Assembly (NCBI GenBank): GCA_030141605.1
Contig: JAQGDQ010001078.1
Span: forward strand, 791-64,790
Direction of reading: 5' to 3'
Source of the DNA: Tubiluchus corallicola
Lineage: Eukaryota > Animalia > Priapulida
Length of the DNA stretch: 64,000 nt
The first letter of the stretch is position 1. Each line of letters opens with the position of its first letter. Positions 49,901 through 61,400 of this stretch are shown one piece after another. The notes under the pieces are model-generated. The model did not search any database. It saw only the letters and a list, made by a program, of their open reading frames with translations, and was not told the DNA's origin. The position numbers and the translations under genes were made by a program.

Positions 49901-52900
49901 ATTTATCAGCTGTCAGGAATCCGACGCAGAACATCACTCCACAAGTATAGGGAGAATGTCGTGTCGTCTCTGCCGATCAGAGTCGCCCAACTCCAAGAGC
50001 CTCTTGCTCTCTGCATCTAATACTGCGTCAAAAATGCTTGCCAAGACTGCATGCAGGCTTGATGCTCCGCAGATTTTAGAGTGTTTATCGAAGCCTTTAT
50101 TACTTTCCAACGCTCGATGCCAATTTCTGAATCCTGTCTTTTGAAACGTCACGTCGTAAGTCGATGCGCCAAGCACACGACACGGGAAACAGAATGCAGC
50201 ATCAATATCCTTTACGTATTCCAACCAGGACCTATCGTTGAACCACTGACCCTGAAATGATCTCGATTTTCCTCCAATTTTGGTCTTTGGGTATGCATCC
50301 ACTACGTCCCGCAATGGCCCGCGACGGATGTACTCATCCTTTTGGATTCGTTCTGTTGGAATCGACGTTACAGTAGATACAGACGCCGTAGAACCTGGGT
50401 CGGGAACACTGTTGGACTTGGAAAATGAAGTTGGACTGCCTTGACATATTTTAAGAAATATAGCTAAAATGGCAGCGAAAACTAGCAAAGATTTTCCTAG
50501 CAGCAGAAAAATGATGAAATGTGCTCAAAATCACGCCATTTTATGCAGCAAACTCGTGGGAAAGAGTCACTAAGGAGTAGCAAAGAGTCGTTAATGTCCA
50601 ATCAGGAGGTGGCTGAGCCGTGGCTCATCAATTGGTATCTCCCAAACCCACTCTCTGGTACTAGGCTAGCTCAACATGACTTCAATGTTTGCATTGTTTT
50701 TGCTCTATTATTTCACTTATTCTCTATTATAACACACTGCTGAATGAAGCTCGAGTGCTAACTGAGCCGTTTTGTTAACTAACAGTCTTTTGTGCAAAGA
50801 CGCTAGTGCTACTCAACGAGCTGTTAACTGTTCCTGCCTGCCTCCTGAATAAGTTATATGCAAGCAAATTAACTACATCCTGGCTTTCAGGTAAACACAT
50901 ACTCATGCTCATGCTGTTCACATTTATGGAGCGCTGGCCACGTGTCAAAAAGTTGGAAATATATTTGCTTACCAGTCTCATTACGAGCCGCTGACGCACT
51001 TCAAATTTTTGACATTTTCTAAAACAAATTGGGGGGGGGGGGGGTCACTATTAGGGTCGCCAAAAGAATTGCTGGGGTCCAGGGCAAAAGGAAACTTGGA
51101 CTCCTCGTCCAATTCTCCAAATAATGATACTCCGCAATTGCAGAGAAGTAGGTAAGGTGATACAAACTTAGAATTTCAGTATTTTTCTAACATTTTAAAG
51201 ACGATTTGATAATAGAATATATAAGACCAATACATTTAGTGTTTGTTTTTATAAAAAACAAAAAAAATGATATTTGACAGAATTTTTGGTGCATTCTACT
51301 TTGAAGCAGGAACTTATGGTGAGTTTTGGTTTGCAAGCTTCACATGTTATCTTGTTTGCATTGGTCAAGGTACGCCGTCGTTTTTTCCTCGTTTGGTTTG
51401 TGGGCCCCAGCTCAACTCATGGACACCGGGCGCCGCCCCGGCTAACCACCTTTTTAGTGGGTCTGGTCACTATAATGCCTCATTTACACCTATCTAGTCA
51501 GGGTTGTCCACTGGTAGGGAAAGTCCACGGGCCTTCACAGAGTGTTGAAAAACAATTAAATTAACTTAGGGGTACCTATACTGTTGATGACACAAAAAAC
51601 ATCTAAACACTTTATAATCTGTAAATGATACTAAAGTATATTAGCAATGCAGCTTCTAATTTGAGTCAAGCAAGGAACAAATAAAACGGGTGGGCAAGTT
51701 TTTGCATTTTTAAACGTTTAGCATGTTTTACAGTGTAATATTTATTAAAACAAATGTTTATTAGCATTTTCGGCTAATTTTGATTAAGTTTTCCAGCCAC
51801 CAAAATCAATTTAATAAGGAATTTAAATTATTTTCACACAATTGACGCACATTACATTCAGGCTAATAAACTATTTACAGTCTGTACTGTTTAGCAAACT
51901 GGCTCAATTTTTTCTTCTGGGTGGCTGAGTTACATTATTTACATCAGGTTTGTCTTTTTAAAAACAGTTACAGACAAGTGGGTAGTTGTATCATCGGTAA
52001 GAATACCCAAAAATATTCCCAGAAAGCCCTGGTTATTTCGCTGGCTTTGAGACAACTTTAGGAATACGAATTGGATTATTTATCAAATCATTCGACAAGA
52101 GCAAAATCTAAGCGGCGTTTTGATTGTTGCCTGTTCGCTATGATGTCACTGATTTACGATCATAACCTATATGTACCTCTCATTTTTACAGTAATCAAAA
52201 ATAAACTGTAATTTTTCATCCAAGATATACAACTTATAATGCCGAAGATGGCAGATACACGTATTCTTATCCTAGAGGAAGTTTCCAAAAGTCTCTGAAG
52301 AAACTGATGCCGTTTAATCAGTGAATCAAGGAGTGCATTGCTTTGTGAATTTCATTGTGATGGACTTCCTGTAATATTAGGTGTGATGGACTTCCTATAA
52401 TATTAGGTGTGATGGACTTCCTGTAATATTAGGTGTGATGGACTTCCTATAATATTAGGTGTGATGCACTTCCTGTAATATTAGGTGTGATGCACTTCCT
52501 GCAATATTAGGTGTGATGCACTTCCTGTAATATTAGGTGTGATGGACTTCCTGTAATATTAGGTGTGATGGACTTCCTGTAATATTAGGTGTGATGCACT
52601 TCCTGTAATATTAGGTGTGATGGACTTCCTGTAATATTAGGTGTGATGGACTTCCTATAATATTAGGTGTGATGGACTTCCTGTAATATTAGGTGTGATG
52701 GACTTCCTATAATATTAGGTGTGATGGACTTCCTATAATATTAGGTGTGATGGACTTCCTATAATATTAGGTGTGATGGACTTCCTGTAATATTAGGTGT
52801 GATGGACTTCCTGTAATATTAGGTGTGATGGACTTCCTGTAATATTAGGTGTGATGGACTTCCTATAATATTAGGTGTGATGGACTTCCTGTAATATTAG

Positions 52901-55900
52901 GTGTGATGGACTTTCTGTAATATTAGGTGTGATGGACTTCCTGTAATATTAGGTGTGATGGACTTCCTGTAATATTAGGTGCGATTGACTTCCTGTAATA
53001 TTAGGTGTGATGGACTTCCTGTAATATTAGGTCTGATGGACTTCCTGTAATATTAGGTGTGATGGACTTCCTGTAATATTAGGTGTGATGGACTTCCTGT
53101 AATATTAAGTGTGATGGTTTTCCTGTAATATTAGGTGTGACGGACTTCCTGTAATATTAGGTGTGATGGACTTCCTGTAATATTAGGTGTGATGGACTTC
53201 CTGTAATATTAGGTGTGATGGACTTCCTGTAATATTAAGTGTGATGGACTTCCTGTAATATTAGGTGTGATGCACTTCCTGTAATATTAGGTGTGATGCA
53301 CTTCCTATAATATTAGGTGTGATGGACTTCCTGTAATATTAAGTGTGATGGACTTCCTGTAATATTAAGTGTGATGGACTTCCTGTAATATTAGGTGTGA
53401 TGGACTTCCTGTAATATTAGGTGTGATGGACTTCCTGTAATATTAGGTGTGATGGACTTCCTGTAATATTAGGTGCGATGGACTTCCTGTAATATTAGGT
53501 GTGATGGACTTCCTGTAATATTAGGTGTGATGGACTTCCTGTAATATTAGGTGTGATGGACTTCCTGTAATATTAGGTGTGATGGATTTCCTGTAATATT
53601 AAGTGTGATGGACTTCCTGTAATATTAGGTGTGATGGACTTCCTGTAATATTAGGTGTGATGGACTTCCTGTAATATTAGGTGTGATGGACTTCCTGTAA
53701 TATTAGGTGTGATGGACTTCCTGTAATATTAAGTGTGATGGACTTCCTGTAATATTAGGTGTGATGCACTTCCTGTAATATTAGGTGTGATGGACTTCCT
53801 GTAATATTAGGTGAAGCATTAAGTCATAAAGCGACACTTGCCTGCTTTAGGTTAGACACATCCATCAAATACAACGATTCTCTGACGAGATTTCGCTCTG
53901 TAAACTTATTAAGATTAAAACATATGCAACTTATGTTTCTGATTATTACTGATTTTTCTGGTTATTTTTCTGGCATACCTGTGAATTTGGTGTGAAATGA
54001 ATCTTCCACATTCTCCTGTTTTTCTATTTCTTTGCCTGCATGTTCAAAAACATTCAAATATTGCTCAAAACTTGTATTCCCATGACCTGAATCTGTTCAA
54101 ATAAAAAGAGAGTAAAGTTTCAAGTAAGACAGGATTATTTTTCATATACTACCCCATTTTCAAATCCGATAAAAAGTATACGTTTTAACAAAAGTAATAC
54201 TGCAAAAGTGTTTCTGATAATAAAATAATTGATTAGAAACTTAATTAACGGCGTGCCTAACTATTGATGACATCACAAACTAACATAATTTCCAACAGTA
54301 AAAATATTCCACGTGAGCTTGTTGCACGTGTTCGCGAAAACCAAAATTGAAGTACAGTGCTACTGTGAGATATTCAGAGTGTTGTACTAAAACTAGGCAA
54401 GTTTTCAGATTAAGATTTAAATTTCATGACCTGTCAAACGTGTGTAGTTCGTCGTAAACTAACACATCTGAACTGAGAGGTGCATCACCTGTTTTTTGTG
54501 CAATGCGTTTCCGAAATGCAGGCGCTAGTACCCGTCTAACGCAGACGCCATGCCCGGTGTTTAACAGGCTTTTCTTGACAAAGATCACCAACAATTCAGG
54601 TCAAAAATAATCAAAGTTAATCTGAAACTAAATCTCGTTACGGAAAAGCAGCACTCAACAGGTCGAAATTTATCAACCATCCAAAATGTTGAAAGGAAAA
54701 CGATTACCTTATTAAGAGTAATTTACACTACAGAATTGTTATTTCTCAAGTCTAAATTCTTATAGTTACCAAAGTGCAACTCGCTTATAAAATGTTCTGC
54801 TGGAAAACTGTATACAGCAGTGACGTCATTGTCAGTTCAGTCCTGCCGGCTGTTAGTTAAACTGAAGTACGGAATAGATCAAATTTAATGATCGGAAGGA
54901 TTTAGATACTGTGTACAGTAATCATGTATATTTTACACCACAAATCAAAATGAGGTATGGTCTAGAAAGTACTTTTTGTTAATAATATTACTAAAGTGAT
55001 AAAACTGAACTTATTTGGTTTGCAGTTCGAACAGATGTTGAGCAGATGCTGATAGAAATAACTATTCTAATATGAATTCTGAACTAAAACACGACGCACC
55101 ATTTAGAACTACTATTTGATACCACTATGGCCGCAGTCCATAGACCAGTGAGTAACAAACATTGCAGAAGGTAGTTAAGCAAGCCAAATTAAGGTAAATT
55201 AACATTTGCACAATTTTCTCACAATGTGAACTTAGCGACCTAAATTAGGCAACACGGACACTAGGAAGTTTTTGAATGATGGCAGGGCATTTATTGTTTG
55301 TGGATGACTTCTTCTGTGATGCTGCCTCCAGCTACATCGCTGGTGCAGGTGTATACACGTGAACGTAGCTAAAACCTCTAGTGTTACAGAATTCATCTTA
55401 GAGGACTATCAGGTGTACACACGTGAACGTAGCTAAAACCTCTAGTGTTACAGAATTCATCTTAGAGGACTATCCTTGACAACTAGCTACCTACTGGTCG
55501 TGTCACAAACACCAGTGTAACGAGTAAGCCTATTAATACTAAAAGTGGATCTACAGATTGCCAAGCCGTATAAAAACTACACACACTACACGCGTAGTCT
55601 TGCCAGTTCTCATAATGTGGCTATGATTACCAGTGATGTGTCTTGTCTATGTACTGTTAATCTATAGGTCTACTATAAAGAGAAACACTTTTACCTGCAA
55701 AATAATTAAAGATTCTTCGTGAAAATTTACGTTCAGGTAGAAATCCTAACTTCTTTTTCGCCATAAGCTCGTGTTCTATAAGAAAACATCATCAACATTT
55801 AAAAAGAACTGCAAATGCTATTGCTCGAACGTAATATCCATTTCCATTTCTTCGTGCAGAAACAACCTTTTGTCAACTATTGCTTGTCGTGAGGTTGTCA

Positions 55901-58900
55901 GGAATACACTGCACATACACTGCGCATGTAAAATACACAGACAAACAATAAGCGTGGACATTGCTTGCATATGATGCGCTAGGGTCAGTTCTTTTCTGTT
56001 AGAACATCATTTATCTTTGCCATGACATTCTTTTTATCATGAAGTTTTAAAATACAGAGTAACTTTATTTTCAGTTCACAATATAAAAACTGTCTAAACA
56101 CTCATTACGCAAACGAGACCGACACCACGCGTTAAATAGTTACTATGCAAGCGAGTATCACAAAAACAAGGGAAAAATCACACTTTGCAGAATGTAACAA
56201 CATTAACTATTTATATCGTTTCTCATAATCAAAATAATTACAATACATTAATACGTTTTCTAAGTCTGATCCTCTCCCACCAGTGAACTTCTTTCTCTAG
56301 ACCACTTTTTATGAAATCCGGATGTCTTGCCAATATCAGGTAAATCGAAGTTGTTCCTGATTTCTGAGCACCGATTAGGTAAACATACGGCAGACATCTC
56401 AAAAATTTCATGTTTTCTGAAACGAAAAATGAGCAGTACTATGTCATTTCCAATTTAGATTATGCTGGTTGGATTTACTATTAAGGTGCAACTAATATTT
56501 ATTTTTTATTCAACCCAGATCAAAATTTTGAAACATTATAATTGCATTTATATATAAATTACATACTGATGTTTTCACCCGCACCCCTGGTCTGTCCTGG
56601 TTTTGTCCATTACGAAGCCTGTACCTACTATCACCTACAAGTAGTCTAATATGCAGAACTTCCGCGGCAGCAGCACGGGCAGGTGTGCTTACGATCTCAG
56701 CACCTGTTCCGTAAACCAATGTGAAAGATGCAGAACAAAAGTGCTGGCAGGTTTATTTTAATTTCTTCTTCAATTCTGTGGCATCACTGCACGGTTTTGG
56801 GACAAACTTTACGACATAGTGTAACAACGCGAATTTCAACCCAATCCTACTTGACTGCCGTCAGTTAACTGGTGTCAGAAGTGGGATGAATTTGATAAAG
56901 CTTGGCAATCAACGTTAGCAGCTACATCAAAAAATTAACAGCAATAACAAGACGATTCTGTAACTGTTAACGGCTAATTTATACTGAAGCCAAGTTTTCA
57001 GTGCAAGTCTACCCATACGTGAAAAAGATCTACATGGCTTCCTCCTAATCGTTCTGATGTTACAAATCTACTTTCCACTAAACAGTTTGAAATTTTCTGA
57101 ACATGTGATCCACATCAAATAGTACGCATTAAAAGAAATAAACGGCAATATTTTCCTCAAACTTTTCTTTGCGTAATATCTCACTCAACTTTAAAACGAT
57201 TTATTACATTTTCTGCAAATTTTATTTATTTTTTTTATGAAATGACTGACTTAGCAAAAAATTTCTGCGAAATGGCAATTCTAGGAAAAATCTGTTCTGT
57301 GAAGATTTTTTATTCGGAAGCAGATTTTTCTGACAAAAAACTTTTCTGTGAATATTTTCCGATAAAAATTTCTATGACCAAAAGACTTTTCTAAGATAAG
57401 GCTCTTCTGGGAAACGAGTTTAACCCACTGAATATTATTGGACCAAGAGAGGTGTTCGTCTGCAGTAAAGTTTAAGAAAGAAAATGATGATGATTCTACG
57501 ATCTCGATTACATTCGCGCTACGTTTAAAGTTCAAAGTGAAATGTTTATGCCACGCTGACTGCTACTGAAGTTTTAGTTTTCAACATTCAGCCAAATTTG
57601 TTACATCTGAGCCATTCATTTGGGATCTTTAATTCATTATTAAATCCAACAGAATGATATATTACTTAGCACCAAGGGGTTAGGGTTAGGGTATAAATTA
57701 CAACCATTTAAGCAATGCGTGAACAAACATGAACTGATAAGTTTAACAGTCAATTGTGAAAACACGACGTGATATTTTTGCAGTCTTTGCATCTTTACAG
57801 AAACATGTTGCTCATTGTAGTATCTAGGCCCGCTCCCACTCCCACTCCTGCTCACCCTCCCACTCCCGCTTCCACCCCCGCTCCCACTCCCACTCCCACT
57901 CCCGCTCCCACTCCCAGACGTTTTAGAGTTCCACTATTTCTGTTTGTCTGTTTAACTTACCTTCATTTGAAACGTAAAAACACGGATTTTTGTAGTTGTC
58001 TAAGTAGCGAATTCCTGCCTGTAGAAAAAAGGCTGATTTAAACCAATTATTAAAATTGAAAAAGCTAAAACAAATTATTTGTCAAAACAAAATACAAACG
58101 CCAAGTAAGGAAGATTAGACAGTTTTAAGACTCTGTATAGGTTCATTGGTGTTCACGTGTGTTATAGGTTCATTGGTGTTCACGTGTGGTATAGGTTTAT
58201 TAGTGTTCACGTGTGTTATAGGTTCATTGGTGTTCACGTGTGTTATAGGTTTATTAGTGTTCACGTGTGTTATAGGTTTATTAGTGTTCACGTGTGTTAT
58301 AGGTTTATTAGTGTTCACGTGTGTTATAGGTTTATTAGTGTTCACGTGTGTTATAGGTTTATTAGTGTTCACGTGTGTTATAGGTTTATTAGTGTTCACG
58401 TGTGTTATAGGTTTATTAGTGTTCACGTGTGTTATAGGTTTATTAGTGTTCACGTGTGTTATAGGTTTATTAGTGTTCACGTGTGTTATAGGTTTATTAG
58501 TGTTCACGTGTGTTATAGGTTTATTAGTGTTCACGTGTGTTATAGGTTTATTAGTGTTCACGTGTGTTATAGGTTTATTAGTGTTCACGTGTGTTATAGG
58601 TTTATTAGTGTTCACGTGTGTTATAGGTTTATTAGTGTTCACGTGTGTTATAGGTTTATTAGTGTTCACGTGTGTTATAGGTTTATTATTCACGTGTGTA
58701 AATGATAGCGGCATAAATGTTCTCTTTAAATACAGCGATGTAATACCAAAAAATGGTAGGCTCCATCCTAGGTTTGATTTTAGAATTTTTTAGTTAAATT
58801 TACTTTAAGACAGCAACAAGAACAAATGACTTTTGGTCGTAAAAATTTGGAAATATGCATGATCATTGATAAAGAAGTTATTAAAGTAAATATTAGAAAC

Positions 58901-59198
58901 TGCATTGTTGACAAAGAGTGCTAATATTTGTATCACTTACATTAGAGCATCTTAGTGCTCTGTTCATAGTATCTGGAATTAGCTGCCTTGATATAGAATT
59001 AAGTTCAGATTGCGTCAAGATGCTTTTGTTTCCAAGATGTCCCGATTCTCTGCAGCCTTCACGAGTTGATACGTGGACATTTTCACGAGTTGATACGTGC
59101 ACATCGAAGAACAACGCACGTGTAATAATACTCAAGATGCAAAACGCAGCGAAGATTATGAAAACAAAAGAGGATATTCTATGCGAATACTGAAGCAT
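43789..59198 (-). CDS. CHST15: Carbohydrate sulfotransferase 15-like (GalNAc4S-6ST family), type II membrane protein, 8 exons, 407 aa
   Basis: Exons 59198-58941, 58018-57961, 56416-56255, 54092-53979, 49477-49318, 47528-47360, 45409-45256 and 43937-43789 have GT-AG ends, matching phases and sum to 1224 nt with no internal stop. N-terminal TM helix; YKNPCF; LRCLPYVYLIGAQKSGTTS (5'-PSB loop); KEVHWW; RNPTDRLIS (3'-PB); QILILRFED; FYSSFNKDLAELLGDEMWLW. The symbol denotes the family; orthology is untested. Confidence 0.9.
45256..45409 (-). CDS. CHST15-like exon 7
   Basis: GRSMFKGCYVAYLRHYLRIFPRDQILILRFED...FLELK. Confidence 0.92.
46045..46349 (+). mobile_element. Probable solo LTR
   Basis: TGTTA...TTACA ends, TATAAAA at 46194, AATAAA about 10 bp before the end, flanks ATAT/GTAT (4-bp TSD with one mismatch), GC-richer than surroundings. 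Confidence 0.6.
46361..47040 (+). mobile_element. Non-autonomous hAT derivative related to 49679-51080, carrying a LINE 3' end insertion
   Basis: Starts CAGTGGCG; 46410-46475 and 46910-46995 are reverse-complement matches to about 50970-51030 and 49790-49870. Confidence 0.55.
47360..47528 (-). CDS. CHST15-like exon 6
   Basis: LISWY...IHEDVEKGIAAYRNC...PCVYN. Confidence 0.88.
48090..48815 (-). mobile_element. 3' part of a LINE ORF2 (RTE-X-like C-terminal Zn motif)
   Basis: Minus-strand translation KIAFTKLRISSHSLAIETGRH...ERYCTQC...IEDKTHLLLHCSRYEQLR. Confidence 0.75.
48820..48993 (+). mobile_element. CR1/L2-type RT thumb fragment
   Basis: TEVILFSRK...LKHLGIHLTSDLNWNYHVSNMVDKA. Confidence 0.75.
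49318..49477 (-). CDS. CHST15-like exon 5
   Basis: GDFTPDY...PSARLIVTFRNPTDR. Confidence 0.9.
49679..51080 (-). mobile_element. Internally deleted hAT transposon with TTF-type zinc-finger (ZMYM1-like) transposase N-terminus
   Basis: ORF 49934-50488: RGP...RSFQGQWF...WLEY...DAAFCFPCR...GFRNW...FDKH; terminus CAGGGGCG at 49679; the other end is approximate. Confidence 0.75.
52356..53813. repeat. 26-bp satellite, about 56 copies (gtgtgatggacttcctgtaatattag)
   Basis: Direct reading; in a CHST15-like intron. Confidence 0.97.
53979..54092 (-). CDS. CHST15-like exon 4
   Basis: SFEQYLNVFEHAGKEI...KFTG. Confidence 0.85.
56255..56416 (-). CDS. CHST15-like exon 3
   Basis: LRCLPYVYLIGAQKSGTTSIY...HPD...KEVHWWER. 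Confidence 0.93.
56870..56887 (+). mobile_element. tRNA-Leu primer-binding site (LTR retrotransposon remnant)
   Basis: TGGTGTCAGAAGTGGGAT, complementary to the 3' 18 nt of tRNA-Leu including CCA. Confidence 0.65.
57420..57530 (-). mobile_element. Degenerate CR1/L2 RT fragment
   Basis: IEIVESSSFSFL...DEHLSWSNNI. Confidence 0.45.
57961..58018 (-). CDS. CHST15-like exon 2
   Basis: AGIRYLDNYKNPCFYVSNE; AG acceptor, GTAAG donor. Confidence 0.85.
58137..58698. repeat. 27-bp minisatellite, about 21 copies (gtgttcacgtgtgttataggtttatta)
   Basis: Direct reading; in CHST15-like intron 1. Confidence 0.97.
58941..59198 (-). CDS. CHST15-like exon 1 (TM anchor + stem)
   Basis: MLQYSHRISSFVFIIFAAFCILSIITRALFF...RCSN, then GTAAGT donor. 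Confidence 0.82.
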
Positions 59199-60440
59199 CG
59201 CTATTCATATGATTTCACAGTTTCAAACACACAGATTTGCTTTATTTTTGATAAACTCCGAAAGCCCGAAGGAAACACAGTAATGTGGAGAATAATTGCA
59301 GGATTATTCCACGAACACAACATTAACAGGTACATTGATTATTCTGATGATCGAACACGTTCTATCAATCTCAGTCACAATGTTAGTCTAGTCTTAGTCT
59401 TAGTCTTAGTCTCTGATTGTACTTAGCAATTCTGTTTCGTTTTTATTCACTGATATTATAGCTGTAAACACTAAAGTGTGCAGTAATTTAAATCTACAGA
59501 GCGTAGAGATTTTTCCTGTTGTGCCACTTAACCTTATTTTAACTGAGGTCTACGTTATTGTCGTTAATGACCGTTCATTAGGTAAAGCCGCAGTCTTTTT
59601 TCTTAGGCAAATGTCTGTTTAGGTCAAGAGAGCTAGTATGTCGTCTAAAAACTGTCGCCTGTTCAGTTTTCATTTATCTCAAAATATGTCGAAATATTAG
59701 CATTGATTGATAAACCAAAGCATGAAACTAATGTAAAAATGTTGGGAAAACAAAAGAGGATATTCTATGCGAATACTGAAGCATCGCTATTCATATGATT
59801 TCACAGTTTCAAACACACAGATTTGCTTTATTTTTGATAAACTCCGAAAGCCCGAAGGAAACACAGTAATGTGGAGAATAATTGCAGGATTATTCCACGA
59901 ACACAACATCATTGATTTAGCTCCTGTGAATAGATTCCTGCAATCAGTATTAACAGGTACATTGATTTATTCTAAAATAGATGAAAAGCAAGTGTTCTTA
60001 GCAAGACACACACGTTCTATCAATCTCAGTCACAATGTTAGTCTTAGTCTTAGTCTTAGTCTTAGTCTCATGATTGTACTTAGCACATTCTGTTTCGTTT
60101 TTATTCACTGATATTATAGCTGTAAACACTAAAGTGTGCAGTAATTTAAATCTACAGAGCGTAGAGAATTTTTCCTGCTTGACTGCCACTTAACCTTATT
60201 TTAACTGAGGTCTACGTTATTGTCGTTAATGACCGCTTCATTAGGTCAAAGTCCGCAGTCTTTTTTCTTAAGGCAGAATGTCTGTTTAGGTCAAGATAGA
60301 GCTTACGTATGTCGTCTAAAAACTGTCGCCTGTTCAGTTTTCAATTTATCTCAAAATATGTCGAAATATTAGCATTGATTGATACCCAACATTGAACTCA
60401 AAAACAAGCATTGATTGAAACTAAATGTAAAAAGTGTTGG
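59160..60440. repeat. Tandem duplication (59160-59745 / 59746-60440) covering the CHST15-like start codon and upstream region
   Basis: First about 160 bp identical; the copies differ by indels further on. Confidence 0.88.
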
Positions 60441-60879
60441 CAGAATTTAATCACTATGTGCTACCTTCTTATAAAAAAATCTCCAACAACATCGTTGTGT
60501 AGCTGGTATCGTTTAATTTGAAAACAAATAAGATAATTTTATATAATTTTGCTCAATTTTACAGCGAAATCTAAACCAAATTGATTTTAACAAAGTTTTA
60601 CGCAAATTATAAAATCTAATCTCTAGTCTTTTTAATAACCAAAGGTACAAAATTTAAGAAGTTAATAAATGAACATAACCTGGTGATCCTATAAGTGTAA
60701 TTATGAAATTATAACAACGAATCAATGAATGACGCTAAACAATCTGTTACTGCAGTGTGTGAATGCCTGAGTTACTCCAATCTACAGTATGTGTACATGT
60801 AAAAGACCGGTCACATGACCTGTTTAAAAGGAAACCAATTTCTAACAGAAAGAGTGGGCTATACAAGTTTGCATCAGCA
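60435..60879 (-). mobile_element. 3' LTR of BEL/Pao retrotransposon
   Basis: Follows polypurine tract AGGGGGCGG (about 60890-60882); starts TG; ends ATTAAA...CCAACA. Confidence 0.6.
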
Positions 60880-60977
60880 CACCGCCCCCTTAAATGCTTC
60901 CTCCATTATCCCCTTTAATTAACATTTTAAGTAATGTGACAATTACTAACAAAACTAATTATCATATATAATTTCTG

Positions 60978-61400
60978 TCAGGCAGAGCTTGAAGATGGGT
61001 CTTCGTAGAAGTCCTTGGTCTTGAGGGTGACACTTCTGACTAATCCATCATTGCTAAAATGTCTTTCAATCATGCGCCCTAGCAGCCAGCAATTTCTGGG
61101 AGCATTGTCCATGATGAGAACGACATCTCCATCTTGGATGTTCCTTCTCTCTTTGTTCCATTTAGAGCGGTACTGTAACATTGGCAAATACTCAGTTCGC
61201 CATCGATGCCGGAAGACATTTGCTAAATGCTGAATCTGCCGCCACTTCTTTCTGTAGATGTCTGCCGAAACAAATTTGCCAGGTGGTAGGCTGGTTTCAC
61301 AATGAATCTGCAAAAGGTGATTTGGCGTCAAAGGGTTAAAGTCTGCAGGATCATCATAAAGTGTCGTTAGAGGCCTGCTATTGATTATGTTTTCCACTAT
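60978..61400 (-). mobile_element. BEL/Pao integrase C-terminus (end of rve + DUF5641-type domain)
   Basis: VENIINSRPLT...PLTPNHLL...W..IQHLANVF..RW..EYLPMLQ.RSKW...GDVVLI.DNAPRNCWLLGR...DGLVRSVTLKT. Confidence 0.92.
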
